Assembly (NCBI GenBank): GCA_963823035.1 | Contig: CAWGKG010000020.1 | Location: forward strand, 32,001 to 96,000 | Length of the DNA: 64,000 nt | Origin: an uncultured Gemmatimonadales bacterium | GTDB lineage: Bacteria > Gemmatimonadota > Gemmatimonadetes > Longimicrobiales > Gaopeijiaceae | Direction of reading: 5' to 3' | In this document: in pieces, positions 21,329-31,180 of the stretch | Layout: each line of letters opens with the position of its first letter | How positions within the stretch are numbered: the stretch's first letter is position 1 | Position numbers and translations under genes: made by a program | The notes under the pieces: model-generated | Database searches by the model: none | What the model was told of the DNA's origin: nothing | Seen by the model: the letters and a program-made list of their open reading frames with translations, nothing else

Positions 21329-21346
21329 TGTGACAAATCCGCGACA
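21329..21346. promoter_or_regulatory. Candidate UAS TGTGACAAATCCGCGACA
   Basis: TGT-N12-ACA about 160 bp upstream of the sigma-54 site. Confidence 0.55.
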
Positions 21347-21529
21347 CGGATTCCTTCGCGCTACGACATCGCCACGAGGGGTGCCGAAACCGCACGACGC
21401 GAGCGTGCCGGGGCGGGGCCGCGCCCGCACGGAGCCTGCACGCTGGTCGGCTGCGCCCCTTTTCCTTATCTTCCTTGGTTCCGATTTCCCCCCTCGGAAG
21501 ACTGTCCACTCCCTGGAACCACGCAAGCC

Positions 21530-23266
21530 ATGACCAACCACCTCGTCGCCCCCTACGGGGGAGTCCTTCAGAATCTCCTGGTCGATGACGCCCGCGCGGC
21601 CGAGCTCAGGACGACCTCCGCCGACTGGCCGTCCTGGGACCTCACGGAGCGGCAGCTCTGCGACGTCGAGCTCCTCATGAATGGAGGGTTCTCCCCCCTC
21701 ACCGGGTTCATGCGCCGGGACGACTACGAGGGCGTGGTGGAGGGGATGCGTCTGGCGGATGGCACGCTCTGGCCCCTCCCGATCACGCTGGACGTGACGG
21801 AGGCCATGGCGGAGAAGCTGTCCGAGGGCGGGATGCTCGCGCTCCGCGATCCGGAGGGCGTCATGGTGGCGGCCCTCCACGTCGAACAGATCTGGCGCCC
21901 CGACCTCCGGCACGAGGCCGAGGCGGTCTTCGGCAGCGACACCGGCGCCGCCCTCGAGGAGCACCCCGGCGCCCGCTACCTCCTGGAGCAGTCCAACCCC
22001 GTGTACGTGGGTGGCCGCGTCGAGGGCGTCGAGATCCCGGCGCACTACGACTTCCAGATGCTGCGCCTGACGCCGGCCGAGAGCCGTGCCCGCTTCGCCA
22101 AGCTCGGCTGGCAGAAGGTCGTGGCGTTCCAGACGCGGAATCCGATGCATCGGGCCCACCAGGAGCTCACGCTGCGAGCCGCCAAGGAGGTCGAGGCCAG
22201 CCTGCTCATCCACCCCGTGGTGGGGATGACCAAGCCGGGCGACGTGGACCACTATACGCGCGTCCGCTGCTACCAGGCGCTGCTGCCGAGCTATCCGAAG
22301 AACACGGCGATGCTCTCCCTCCTCCCCCTCGCCATGCGCATGGGTGGGCCGAGGGAAGCCGTGTGGCACGCGATCATCCGCAAGAACCACGGGTGCACGC
22401 ACCTCATCGTCGGCCGTGACCACGCCGGTCCCGGATCGGATTCGTCCGGCAAGCCCTTCTACGGCCCGTACGACGCGCAGGAGCTGTTGCAGAAGCACGA
22501 GGAGGAGCTCGGCATCTCCATGGTGCCGTTCAAGCTCATGGTGTACGCCCCGGAGCACGACTCCTACTACCCCGCGGACGAGGTTCCCGAGGGCGTGGAG
22601 ACGGTGAACATCTCCGGCACCGAGCAGCGCCGCCGCCTGCAGCTCGGCATCGAGCTTCCCTCCTGGTTCACCTTCCCGGCGGTGGAGGAGGAGTTGCGGA
22701 AGTCGTCGCCGCCGCGGCACCGTCAGGGTCTCACCGTGTTCTTCACCGGCCTCTCGGGCTCGGGTAAGAGCACGATCGCGAACGCGCTCATGGTGAAGCT
22801 GCTCGAGATGGGCGGCCGGCCGGTCACCCTCCTCGACGGCGACCTGGTGCGCAAGCACCTGTCCAGCGAGTTGGGCTTCAGCAAGGAGCACCGGGACATC
22901 AACATCCGGCGCATCGGCTTCGTCGCCTCGGAGATCACGAAGAACGGCGGGATCGCCATCTGCGCGCCGATCGCTCCGTACGACGGGGTGCGCCGCGAGG
23001 TGCGGGAGATGATCGAGCCGCTCGGCGGGTTCGTCCTGGTCCACGTCGCCACCCCGCTGGAGGTGTGCGAGGGCCGCGATCGGAAGGGCCTCTACGCCAA
23101 GGCCCGCAAGGGGATCATCAAGGAGTTCACCGGCATCAGCGACCCCTACGAGGAGCCCACGGACGCCGATCTGGCGATCGACACCACGGGGATCTCTCCC
23201 GAAGAGGCCGCCCACCAGATCATCCTGCACCTCGAGAAGGAGAACTTCATCGGGGTGTCCGCCTGA
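21530..23266 (+). CDS. sat: Bifunctional sulfate adenylyltransferase/adenylylsulfate kinase (PAPS synthesis)
   Basis: ATP sulfurylase motifs AFQTRNPMHRAH and IVGRDHAG. APS kinase motifs FTGLSGSGKST, LLDGD and FTGISDPYE. Confidence 0.95.
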   Translation: MTNHLVAPYGGVLQNLLVDDARAAELRTTSADWPSWDLTERQLCDVELLMNGGFSPLTGFMRRDDYEGVVEGMRLADGTLWPLPITLDVTEAMAEKLSEGGMLALRDPEGVMVAALHVEQIWRPDLRHEAEAVFGSDTGAALEEHPGARYLLEQSNPVYVGGRVEGVEIPAHYDFQMLRLTPAESRARFAKLGWQKVVAFQTRNPMHRAHQELTLRAAKEVEASLLIHPVVGMTKPGDVDHYTRVRCYQALLPSYPKNTAMLSLLPLAMRMGGPREAVWHAIIRKNHGCTHLIVGRDHAGPGSDSSGKPFYGPYDAQELLQKHEEELGISMVPFKLMVYAPEHDSYYPADEVPEGVETVNISGTEQRRRLQLGIELPSWFTFPAVEEELRKSSPPRHRQGLTVFFTGLSGSGKSTIANALMVKLLEMGGRPVTLLDGDLVRKHLSSELGFSKEHRDINIRRIGFVASEITKNGGIAICAPIAPYDGVRREVREMIEPLGGFVLVHVATPLEVCEGRDRKGLYAKARKGIIKEFTGISDPYEEPTDADLAIDTTGISPEEAAHQIILHLEKENFIGVSA

Positions 23267-23269
23267 CCC

Positions 23270-25043
23270 ATGGGCGTCGACGCCTGGTTGACGCTGCTGG
23301 TCATCGGCGGCGTGTTCGTCGTGATGGCGAAGGACCTGGTGTCGCCGGCCGCCGCCCTCTTCTCCGCCGTCACGATCCTCCTGGTCGCGGGCGTGCTCAC
23401 GCCCGCGCAGGCGTTCGCCGGGCTTCGCCAACCCGGCGCCGATCACGGTGGCCGCGCTCTACGTCCTGGCGCGTGCGGTGGAGAAGAGCGGCGCGCTCCA
23501 ACCGGTGGTGAGCGCGATGCTGGGACGCGGCAGCGGGCAGCGGGCGGTCCTCACCAGGCTGTCCGTGCCCGTCGCCGCGGCGTCGGCGTTCCTGAACAAC
23601 ACGCCCATCGTGGCGATGCTGGTTCCCCAGGTGACGGACTGGGCGGAGCGGAACGGGCAGTCACCGTCCCGCTACCTGATGCCGCTCTCCTTCGCGGCGA
23701 TCCTGGGTGGCATGGTGACGCTGATCGGGACGTCGACGAACCTGGTGATCTCCGGGCTCCTGGAGGCCAGCGGCCGGGAGCCGCTGGGGATGTTCGAGCT
23801 GACGCGCATCGGGCTGCCCGCGGCGGCGCTGGGCGTGGGGCTCATGGTGCTGCTGGCGCCGATCGTCCTTCCCGAGCGCAGGATCCCCCGTCAACAGGCG
23901 GAGGCGGCGGCCCGGTCCTTCACGGTGCAGATGAAGGTCGCGACGGGCGGCGCCCTCGATGGGGCGCAGGTCGAGGCGGGCGGACTCCGGCACCTGCAGG
24001 GCGTGTTCCTGGTGGAGATCGGCCGGGACGACGAGACGATCGCGCCGGTGGGCCCCACCACGGTGCTCCAGGGTGGTGACCGGCTCACCTTCGTGGGGCA
24101 GGTGGACACGGTGGTGGACCTGCACGCCATCTCGGGGCTGGAATCGGCCGAGCATACGCACCTCCTCGAGTTCGACAGCCCCCGGCACACCTTCTTCGAG
24201 GCCGTGGTCGGTGAGACGTCGCCCCTCGCCGGCACGTCGCTGAAGGAGGCGGACTTCCGCGAGCGCTACCAGGCGGCGGTCGTGGCCATCCACCGCGCGG
24301 GCGAGCTCGTGCGCGGGAAGCTGGGTCAGATGCCGCTGCGGCCCGGTGACACCCTCCTGCTGATCTCGGACGAGGGCTTCCGGGACCGGTGGCGCGACCG
24401 CAGCGACTTCCTCCTCATCTCGCGGCTCGGGGGCACGCCCCCGGCGGTCTCGCGGAAGGCCGGGATCGTCGCCACGGTGGGGATCGCGATCGTGGCCGGC
24501 GCCGGTCTCGGGCTCATGCCCGTGCTGCACCTCTCCCTCCTGGGTGCCCTGGCGCTGGTGGCGTTTCGCGTGCTCACCCCCGGGGAGGCGAAGAACTCGG
24601 TCGACATCGAGGTCATCGTGGTGATCGCCTCCGCGTTCGGGCTGGCCGCGGCTCTGGAGGCCTCCGGGCTGGCGCACGCCCTGGCTTCGCCGATCGCTGG
24701 CGGGACGCTGGGGGCCCTCGGGCCGCGCGCGGTGCTGGCGGGGCTGGTGCTGGCCACCATCGGCCTGAAGGCCGTGGTGACGAACAACGCGGCGGCGGCG
24801 CTCATGTTCCCGCTCGCCCTGTCCACCGCCGCCGAGCTGGGGCTGAACGTGCGAGCCGTGACCGTGGCGATCGCGATCGCCGCGTCGGCCTCCTTCCTCA
24901 CGCCCATCTCCTACCAGACGAACCTGATGGTCTACGGGCCGGGAGGGTACCGCTTCGGCGACTACGCCAGGCTCGGCATCCCGCTCACCATCCTCGTGGT
25001 CGCGCTCGTGCTGATCCTGGTCCCGATGGAGTGGGGCCTGTAA
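23270..25043 (+). CDS. SLC13/DASS family permease with TrkA-C domains (probable sulfate transporter), frameshift near 23420
   Basis: Motifs SAFLNNTPIV, TLIGTSTNL and TPISYQTNLMVYGPGGY. Lies directly after sat-cysC. Confidence 0.85.
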
Positions 25044-25061
25044 CCGCCTTGGTCCGCCGGC

Positions 25062-25745
25062 CTACCAGAATCCCCACGCCCCGCGGAGCAGCACCCACAC
25101 GCCGAGCGCGCCGTTCGTGACGGCGTGCGCGGCGATGGCGACCCACAGGCTTCCGGTGCGCCGGTAGAGGAGCCCGTAGGCGAGGCCCGCGAGAAGGCCC
25201 GCCAGCCAGAGACGGTGCTCCATCGCGAAGACCGCGGAGGAGAAGAGGAGCGCCTTCCACCCGACCGAGCGGGGATCGACGTCCAGGAAGCGCGTGCGCT
25301 CGATCCAGCGCAGGATGAACGAGCGCCAGAAGAGCTCCTCCATCACGGGCACGACCAGGGCCGAGCCGGCCAGGCGGGTGAGCGCCAGTCCCGCGTGGAT
25401 GCGGCCGTCGACGCGCGGGTCGAAGCCGTCGCTCTCGCCGACCACGAAGGGCGGGAAGTCGAGGAGGATCCAGATCACGAACACGCCCACGCCGACCGCG
25501 ACGGCCGCGCCCCACGCCGCGGCCCCCACCCGCGGACCGTCGCGCAGCTCCTCGTAGCGGCGGAGGAGCAGGAGCATGACGACGGCCGTGACGGCCGAGC
25601 GGACGGCGTACAGCCAGCGCTCGTCGACGCCCAGGGCCGGGCCCACCACAGGCTCCAGGGCCATCAGGGCGATGAAAAGCGCGAAGGGGAGTACGCGGGG
25701 CCACCCGGCGGGAAAGCCGCCGGCGGGTCGGATCGTCTCGCTCAA
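25062..25745 (-). CDS. CAAX prenyl protease-related protein (type associated with PEP-CTERM systems)
   Basis: Motifs RVLPFALF, VPVMEELFWRSF, FAMEH and AHAVTN. Confidence 0.85.
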   Translation of the reverse strand: MSETIRPAGGFPAGWPRVLPFALFIALMALEPVVGPALGVDERWLYAVRSAVTAVVMLLLLRRYEELRDGPRVGAAAWGAAVAVGVGVFVIWILLDFPPFVVGESDGFDPRVDGRIHAGLALTRLAGSALVVPVMEELFWRSFILRWIERTRFLDVDPRSVGWKALLFSSAVFAMEHRLWLAGLLAGLAYGLLYRRTGSLWVAIAAHAVTNGALGVWVLLRGAWGFW

Positions 25746-25754
25746 GGTCGGCCG

Positions 25755-27842
25755 CTACCGTTTGGATTCGTCGAGAAGGCGGAGGCCCTCCATGAGCACC
25801 GACTCCGTGGGGTAGTCGATGGTGGCCTCCGGGAAGCGCGTCTCCTGGCGCACGGTGAACTCTCCCTCGTCCTCCCAGGCGATGACCTCGTGTACGGCCC
25901 GCTCGCCCTCGATGTCACCGAGCTTGGCGTGCGTGAGTCGGCCCTTCTGCATGTAGATCACCGCGGGCTCGGACTCCGGGCGTGACAGGTCGATCCGCAC
26001 GGTCTTCAGGCCCTGGCTCAGCATCTGGATCAGGTCGAGGAAGGAGAAGACCTCGAAGGTCGCCGAGAACTGGCCGGCCTGCGACGTCTCCGTCGCACGG
26101 TCGCGGGAGCGTGAACGGATCGCGCGGTTGATGCGCGCCGCCACCAGGTCGAAGTCGTGGGGTGGCCCGAACACGTCGTCGACGCCTACGTCCAGGAGGT
26201 TGAGCACGAGCGACGGGTCGGTGGAGTCGGTGAGCACGAACAGCAATGCCGCTCCGCCCAGCTTGGTCACGCGGCTGAACTTGTCCACCTGGGTCGGGAA
26301 CTCCTCGTGGTCGATCACGATCGCGGCGGGAGGCCGCCGCTCGGCGATGGTCTGAGCGTCGGCCAGGTCGTTCGTGGTGATCACTTCACGCCCCACGCGG
26401 CCGAGCGCAGGGGTGAGCGACCGGTCGATGCGCTCGGCCCCCACCAGCAGCACCTGCCGGTCTCCCTGACTGTCCGCCACGCCCCCGCGGTCCGCGATCA
26501 GCCGGAGGTAGCCCTCGATGAACTCCTGCGTGGCCAGGCGTCCGCCCTTCTCGCGCAGGCGGGTACGCAGGCCGATCATGCGCTCTTCGTCCGTGCCGAT
26601 CAGCGAGGGCACGTGGTTGTGCCGATACCATGCGACCGAGAGGATCTGAGCGGCCAGCACGGTTTCGGCCGGCCAGTCGTCACAGTCGGAGGGGTCGACG
26701 CGCCCGCTGAAGAGCGCGTAGCATGCGGCGAGCAGCGCGTCCAGCTTCCAGGGGAAGCGTATGCGTGTCGCCAGCTCGAGCGAAGACGCGAAGGCCGCGA
26801 ACGGCTCCGCCGTCCCCACCGGGTCGACGGAGGACGCCACCTGCGCGGGGAGGAGGAGGTGCACGCCGAGGTGGAGGCCGTCCCTCGCGACGCGGCGCAT
26901 GCGGTGGCGCTCCGCCATCGCCATCACGTCCGCCGCGATCAGGCCGTACGGAGGGGAGGCGCCCAGCTGCGCGCAGCGGTAATCGGCCAGCGCCTGCACG
27001 GCGCTGCGCAGGCTCGCGCTGGTGGCGTCGTAGGGGAGAGGATTCTCCAGGAGCGCGCCGCTCACCGAGGAGAAGACCACGACCTCCATCGAGGGCGTTG
27101 GGATGCGGCCCTGCGCCAGCCACCCGGTGAAGGCTTCGACCATCTCGCTGGACAGGAGCACGGTCTGGTACTCCGTGGCGCCCAGCTCGGCGCGGACCTC
27201 CTCCAGCGTGGAGACCACCGTGAGCTCCCGGCCCTCCCGGTGGAAGAGCGGCGGGAGGAAGTTGCCCCGCGACGCGGCTGCGGTGACCATGAGCACGTTG
27301 CCGCCGGGGCTCTGCCCGTCGTCGGCGGCTTCGCCCTGCGCCCCATCGCTCGGCGCCTCCGCGGCGAAGAGCTCGGGCAGGACGATCCGGTGGGCCTCGC
27401 CCTGTCCGGGTGCCAGCCGCGCGCCGAGGTTCTTCAGGAGCCGGTCGGGGGCGAGCGCGACGCGCACGCCCTTGGCGTCGAAGGCGTCCTTGACGCGGCG
27501 CACGGTCTCCTCGTCGGCCGGGTTGGCGACCGCCAGCGAGAGCACGCGCTGCTGCTCGTTCCAGGAAAGCGGCACGGCCAGCCCATCCGCCACGACATCG
27601 GCGGGCATACGCGCCACGAGCTCCCTGGAGATGGACTTCTCCTCGGGCTCCAGGGTCGGGATGCGGAACTGCTCCGCCAGCGCCTCGAAGAGCTGCTGCT
27701 CCGTGATCACGCCCATCTCCAGGAGGTTCCTGCCGAGCCGTCCTCCGTGCGTCTCCTGGCGGCGGAGGGCGCGCGTGATCTGGTCCTGGTCGGCGTAGCC
27801 CAGCCGGTGGAGGATCTGGTCGAGTCGAGCGGTCTTCCTCAT
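25755..27842 (-). CDS. MshEN/GspE-N + degenerate REC/HD-GYP-like + REC + DUF4388 multidomain protein
   Basis: MshEN-like RLDQIL..ALRRQ..RLGRNLLEMG, then LAVANPAD. C-terminal FLDLIQMLSQGLKT..GRLTHA..WEDEGEF..LMEGLRLLDE. Confidence 0.75.
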   Translation of the reverse strand: MRKTARLDQILHRLGYADQDQITRALRRQETHGGRLGRNLLEMGVITEQQLFEALAEQFRIPTLEPEEKSISRELVARMPADVVADGLAVPLSWNEQQRVLSLAVANPADEETVRRVKDAFDAKGVRVALAPDRLLKNLGARLAPGQGEAHRIVLPELFAAEAPSDGAQGEAADDGQSPGGNVLMVTAAASRGNFLPPLFHREGRELTVVSTLEEVRAELGATEYQTVLLSSEMVEAFTGWLAQGRIPTPSMEVVVFSSVSGALLENPLPYDATSASLRSAVQALADYRCAQLGASPPYGLIAADVMAMAERHRMRRVARDGLHLGVHLLLPAQVASSVDPVGTAEPFAAFASSLELATRIRFPWKLDALLAACYALFSGRVDPSDCDDWPAETVLAAQILSVAWYRHNHVPSLIGTDEERMIGLRTRLREKGGRLATQEFIEGYLRLIADRGGVADSQGDRQVLLVGAERIDRSLTPALGRVGREVITTNDLADAQTIAERRPPAAIVIDHEEFPTQVDKFSRVTKLGGAALLFVLTDSTDPSLVLNLLDVGVDDVFGPPHDFDLVAARINRAIRSRSRDRATETSQAGQFSATFEVFSFLDLIQMLSQGLKTVRIDLSRPESEPAVIYMQKGRLTHAKLGDIEGERAVHEVIAWEDEGEFTVRQETRFPEATIDYPTESVLMEGLRLLDESKR

Positions 27843-27855
27843 GCGTGGCGTTCGG

Positions 27856-28947
27856 CTACCGCGTCGGCCCGCCCGTGGGCTCGCGCCCGCCCGTGCGCGC
27901 GTAGGCGAGCATGGCCGTGGGGTCCTCGGCGTAGCGCGCGGCCTCCTCGCCCGTGATCACATTCGAGGCGATGAGGTCCTTGAGGCTCTGATCGAGGAGC
28001 TTCATCCCCTCCTTCTTTCCGGTCATGATCACGTTGTTGACCTGGTGCCCCTTCGAATCGCGGATCATCGTGCGCACCGCGGGCGTTCCGACGAGGATCT
28101 CCATCGCCGCCACCCGGGCCTTCCCGTCCTTGCGGCGCACCAACTGCTGCGAGCAGATGCCCACCAGCACCTCGGAGAGGGCCACACGCACCGCGGACTG
28201 CTGCTCCACGGGGAAGGCGTCCGCGATACGGCTGATGGTCTGTGCCGCCGACTTGGTGTGCAGGGTGGCCATCACGAGGAGCCCGAGCTCCGCCGCGGTC
28301 AGCGCGAGGGAGATCGTCTCCAGGTCGCGCATCTCCCCGACCAGGATGACGTTCGGGTCGGCGCGCAGCGCGCCTCGCAGCGCGTCCGCGAACGTGAGGC
28401 TGTGCTCGCCGATCTGGCGCTGATTGATGAGGCACTTCTTGTTCGTGTGGATGAACTCGAGGGGATCCTCCAGCGTCACGATGTGGTGGTTCATGTTCTC
28501 GTTGAGGTAGTCGACCATCGCGGCGAGCGTGGTCGACTTGCCCGAGTTCGTGGGCCCCGTGACGAGGATCAGGCCGGAGCGGCTCTGGACCATCTTCTTG
28601 AGGACCTCGGGCATGCCCAGCTCGTCGAGCGTGGGCACCTCGTGCGGGATGGCGCGGAAGGCCGCGGCCAGGCCGGGGTGCTTCTTGTAGGCGTGGATGC
28701 GGAAGCGGGCTACGCCGTCGATCGTGTGGGCGCAGTCGAGCTCGCCGTGGTGCTCGAAGTGGCGGATCTGGGCTTCGGTGAGCAACTCGTACATGAGGAG
28801 GCGAATCTCCTCGGCCGCCAGCTCACGGTGCTCGGCCCTCTGGAGCGCCCCGTTGATGCGCAGCACGGGAGGAGACCCGGCGCTGAGGTGGAGGTCGGAC
28901 GCCCCCTCCGCGCGCATGATCTTCAGGAATGTATCGATCTTGGCCAT
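27856..28947 (-). CDS. pilT: Type IV pilus retraction ATPase PilT family
   Basis: Motifs ASDLHL, GPTNSGKSTT, LEDPLEF, ILVGEMRD, TLHT and the AIRNLIRE-like AVRTMIRD. Confidence 0.9.
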   Translation of the reverse strand: MAKIDTFLKIMRAEGASDLHLSAGSPPVLRINGALQRAEHRELAAEEIRLLMYELLTEAQIRHFEHHGELDCAHTIDGVARFRIHAYKKHPGLAAAFRAIPHEVPTLDELGMPEVLKKMVQSRSGLILVTGPTNSGKSTTLAAMVDYLNENMNHHIVTLEDPLEFIHTNKKCLINQRQIGEHSLTFADALRGALRADPNVILVGEMRDLETISLALTAAELGLLVMATLHTKSAAQTISRIADAFPVEQQSAVRVALSEVLVGICSQQLVRRKDGKARVAAMEILVGTPAVRTMIRDSKGHQVNNVIMTGKKEGMKLLDQSLKDLIASNVITGEEAARYAEDPTAMLAYARTGGREPTGGPTR

Positions 28948-29000
28948 GGCCGGACCTTCCAGGTGGTTGCACTACCTCACATGGTGGGGCGGGCCAGGCG

Positions 29001-29546
29001 TCAGGCGCGCCCGAGGATCGCCTCGACGAAGTCCAGGAGACGGCCTCTGAGCCACGAGGCGTCCAGTCGGTCGACGGGGCAGGCACCCAGGACCACGCGC
29101 ACGGGCGGTTCTTCGGCGAGCCAGTAGGCCGCCTCGACCTGGGCGCCCTCACCGTGCTTCACCACGAACTCCAGCGTGGCGCGCGTCCGGCCCTCCTCCA
29201 CCTTCAAGGGCCCCGGCTGTGGCCAGAAGAGGACGCGCAGGGCGGGCTCGGAGAGGTCGAGCAGGTCCTGGACGCGCAGCCTGTGGTTCGCCGTCCCCAG
29301 ACGCCGCTCCATGCGCTCGATCTCGGGGATGCCTTGCGCACGGATGAACGCAGCGGGGTCGGTCGAAGGTTGGGGCTCCTCCTCCGGCGCCACGGGTGGA
29401 GGGGTCCTTGGCCCGATGCGCTTGCGCGGGCGCCTCATGGAAGGAGGCTCCGGTACCGTCGTGCCCGGGCCCACGGCGGCCTCGACGCCCGGTTCCGTCC
29501 AGGGCTCGAAGACGTCGAAGAGGTCCTCGGGGGTATCGGCACTCAC
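29001..29546 (-). CDS. Hypothetical protein, paralog of 29548-30018
   Basis: ORF with GAGG RBS, 1 bp from the upstream gene. Shares the LLD..FWP.PGPL motif. Confidence 0.7.
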   Translation of the reverse strand: MSADTPEDLFDVFEPWTEPGVEAAVGPGTTVPEPPSMRRPRKRIGPRTPPPVAPEEEPQPSTDPAAFIRAQGIPEIERMERRLGTANHRLRVQDLLDLSEPALRVLFWPQPGPLKVEEGRTRATLEFVVKHGEGAQVEAAYWLAEEPPVRVVLGACPVDRLDASWLRGRLLDFVEAILGRA

Positions 29547-29547
29547 C

Positions 29548-30018
29548 TCATTCTCCTTCCAGCGACTCCCGCACGAACTGCATGAGCTGCTCCTTCACCC
29601 AGATATCGTCCACCGCGCCGTGGCGCGCCGTGCCCTGCACGTGCATCCGGTCGAGCCCTTCGGCCGTCCACCGTCTGGCGCTCAGGGTGTCCGGATCGGG
29701 GTCGCCCCACACCAGCTCGAGGCTCGACCGCTCCGGCTCGACGTCGTCGAGTGGGCCGGCCTTCGGCCAGAAGTGGATGCGCACGCTGGGAGGGTAGGCG
29801 TCCAGAAGCTCCTGATGGATGATCTTGTGGCCGGCCTCCTGAAGCCGCGAGGCCACTTCGCGTGCCGGACCTACGGCATATCTACGCAGAACCTCGGCGC
29901 CGCGCTTGCGCGAGTCCTCGAGACGGATCGCGCGCTGCACCTGGCGTCGGGTCTCCTCCTGTTTTCGGCGTTCGTAGCCCGAAAGGAGGACGTCGAGACG
30001 ATCTCCAAGTTCTTCCAC
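29548..30018 (-). CDS. Hypothetical protein, paralog of 29001-29546
   Basis: N-terminal charged helix. Shares the LLD..FWP..GPL motif. Confidence 0.7.
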   Translation of the reverse strand: MEELGDRLDVLLSGYERRKQEETRRQVQRAIRLEDSRKRGAEVLRRYAVGPAREVASRLQEAGHKIIHQELLDAYPPSVRIHFWPKAGPLDDVEPERSSLELVWGDPDPDTLSARRWTAEGLDRMHVQGTARHGAVDDIWVKEQLMQFVRESLEGE

Positions 30019-30113
30019 GGTCGGTTGGTCTGATGGGGGGAAAGGTCAGACGTAAACAGATGTTGTGGGATTTGAAATATGCCCCACGGCGCGCGAGGGC
30101 GCCATGGTCCCGA

Positions 30114-31154
30114 TCACCGACTCCGAGTGTCGGCTCGTCTGCGGCGCAACATGAGGAACGCCACGTCGCCCGCCTCTGCCCGCCACGTCGCGTCGAACCC
30201 CGAGGCCTCCAGCCACGTGGCGAGGGCCGCGAGACGATAGCGCGTCGTGACGGCGAGATCGAGCCGATCGCGGTGCACGGGGGTGCCGGTGAGTCGCATC
30301 GAGCTGTGGAGTCCCCTGCAGCGGATCACGAGGTTGATCGCGCCCGGAACGACGGTCACGGAGCGGTCCACCGAGATGTCGATCCGCACGTCTTCGGCGG
30401 TGGCGAGCGTGGCGACCTCGGCGGGGCCGAACACGAAGCGTCGAACGGTCGGCAGGTCGTAGCTCTCGCACAGCCCGGCTCGTTCGACCAGCACGGACGG
30501 GTCGGCCGGCACGGACTCGAACGGGTGCAGGCGCGCGTCGAGGAGGAGGTGGTCGCCTGCCCGCATGAGCGCGCCGATGCTGCCGATCAGCTCCGCCTCG
30601 CGGTAGTTCCCCAGCGTGAATCCGGTGAGCGTGAAGAGGCGCGGTGCCCCTTCGCGCGGTTCGGGGATTCCCCGCACCTGCGCGTCCGTGAAGTCGGCGC
30701 ACACGGCCCGGATCGGGAAGGCCCCGTCGATCCCCTCGGCGGTGGCGATGCGGTGCACGGCGCGGCGCAGCAGCTCGAAGCTGAAGTCGATCCCGCAGTA
30801 GCACTCGACGCCCGGACCGGCCGCCAGCCCCCGTAGCAGCCGCTCGTCAACGCTACCGTCCCCCGGTCCGAGGCTCACGACGGTCACCGGCGCGTCGGCG
30901 CCGAGGGCCCCGACCAGGTCGCCGAGGACGGCGTCGATGGAGCCGAGCAGGCGCTCGTGCCCGTACGCGGGATCGTCGCAGACGTCGAGCCAGCGCTGCG
31001 CGCAGATCGGGTTGGCGTAGTGGTAGCGCAAGTCCGGTCGAACGGCGCGCTCGAGGTCCGCGTACACGGCGCCCGGGACGGCGTTCAGCTTCCCGTACAT
31101 CGTCGCATCGACCGTGAAGGTCACGCGCCCGTTCGGCGCCTCCTGCCGTGCCAT
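30114..31154 (-). CDS. EgtD-like (histidine N-alpha-methyltransferase family) SAM methyltransferase
   Basis: Motifs YHYANP..AQRW, VVSLGPGDG, GIDFSFELL, CADFT, GFTLGNY and GDHLLLD. Confidence 0.7.
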   Translation of the reverse strand: MARQEAPNGRVTFTVDATMYGKLNAVPGAVYADLERAVRPDLRYHYANPICAQRWLDVCDDPAYGHERLLGSIDAVLGDLVGALGADAPVTVVSLGPGDGSVDERLLRGLAAGPGVECYCGIDFSFELLRRAVHRIATAEGIDGAFPIRAVCADFTDAQVRGIPEPREGAPRLFTLTGFTLGNYREAELIGSIGALMRAGDHLLLDARLHPFESVPADPSVLVERAGLCESYDLPTVRRFVFGPAEVATLATAEDVRIDISVDRSVTVVPGAINLVIRCRGLHSSMRLTGTPVHRDRLDLAVTTRYRLAALATWLEASGFDATWRAEAGDVAFLMLRRRRADTRSR

Positions 31155-31180
31155 CCCCGCTCTCCCCTCCTCGGCAGCGT

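Noticed and set aside
21098..23446. 1044-aa ORF extending the PEP-CTERM protein
   Set aside because: The extension is antisense to sat-cysC. The signal peptide and sigma-54 site place the start at 21097.
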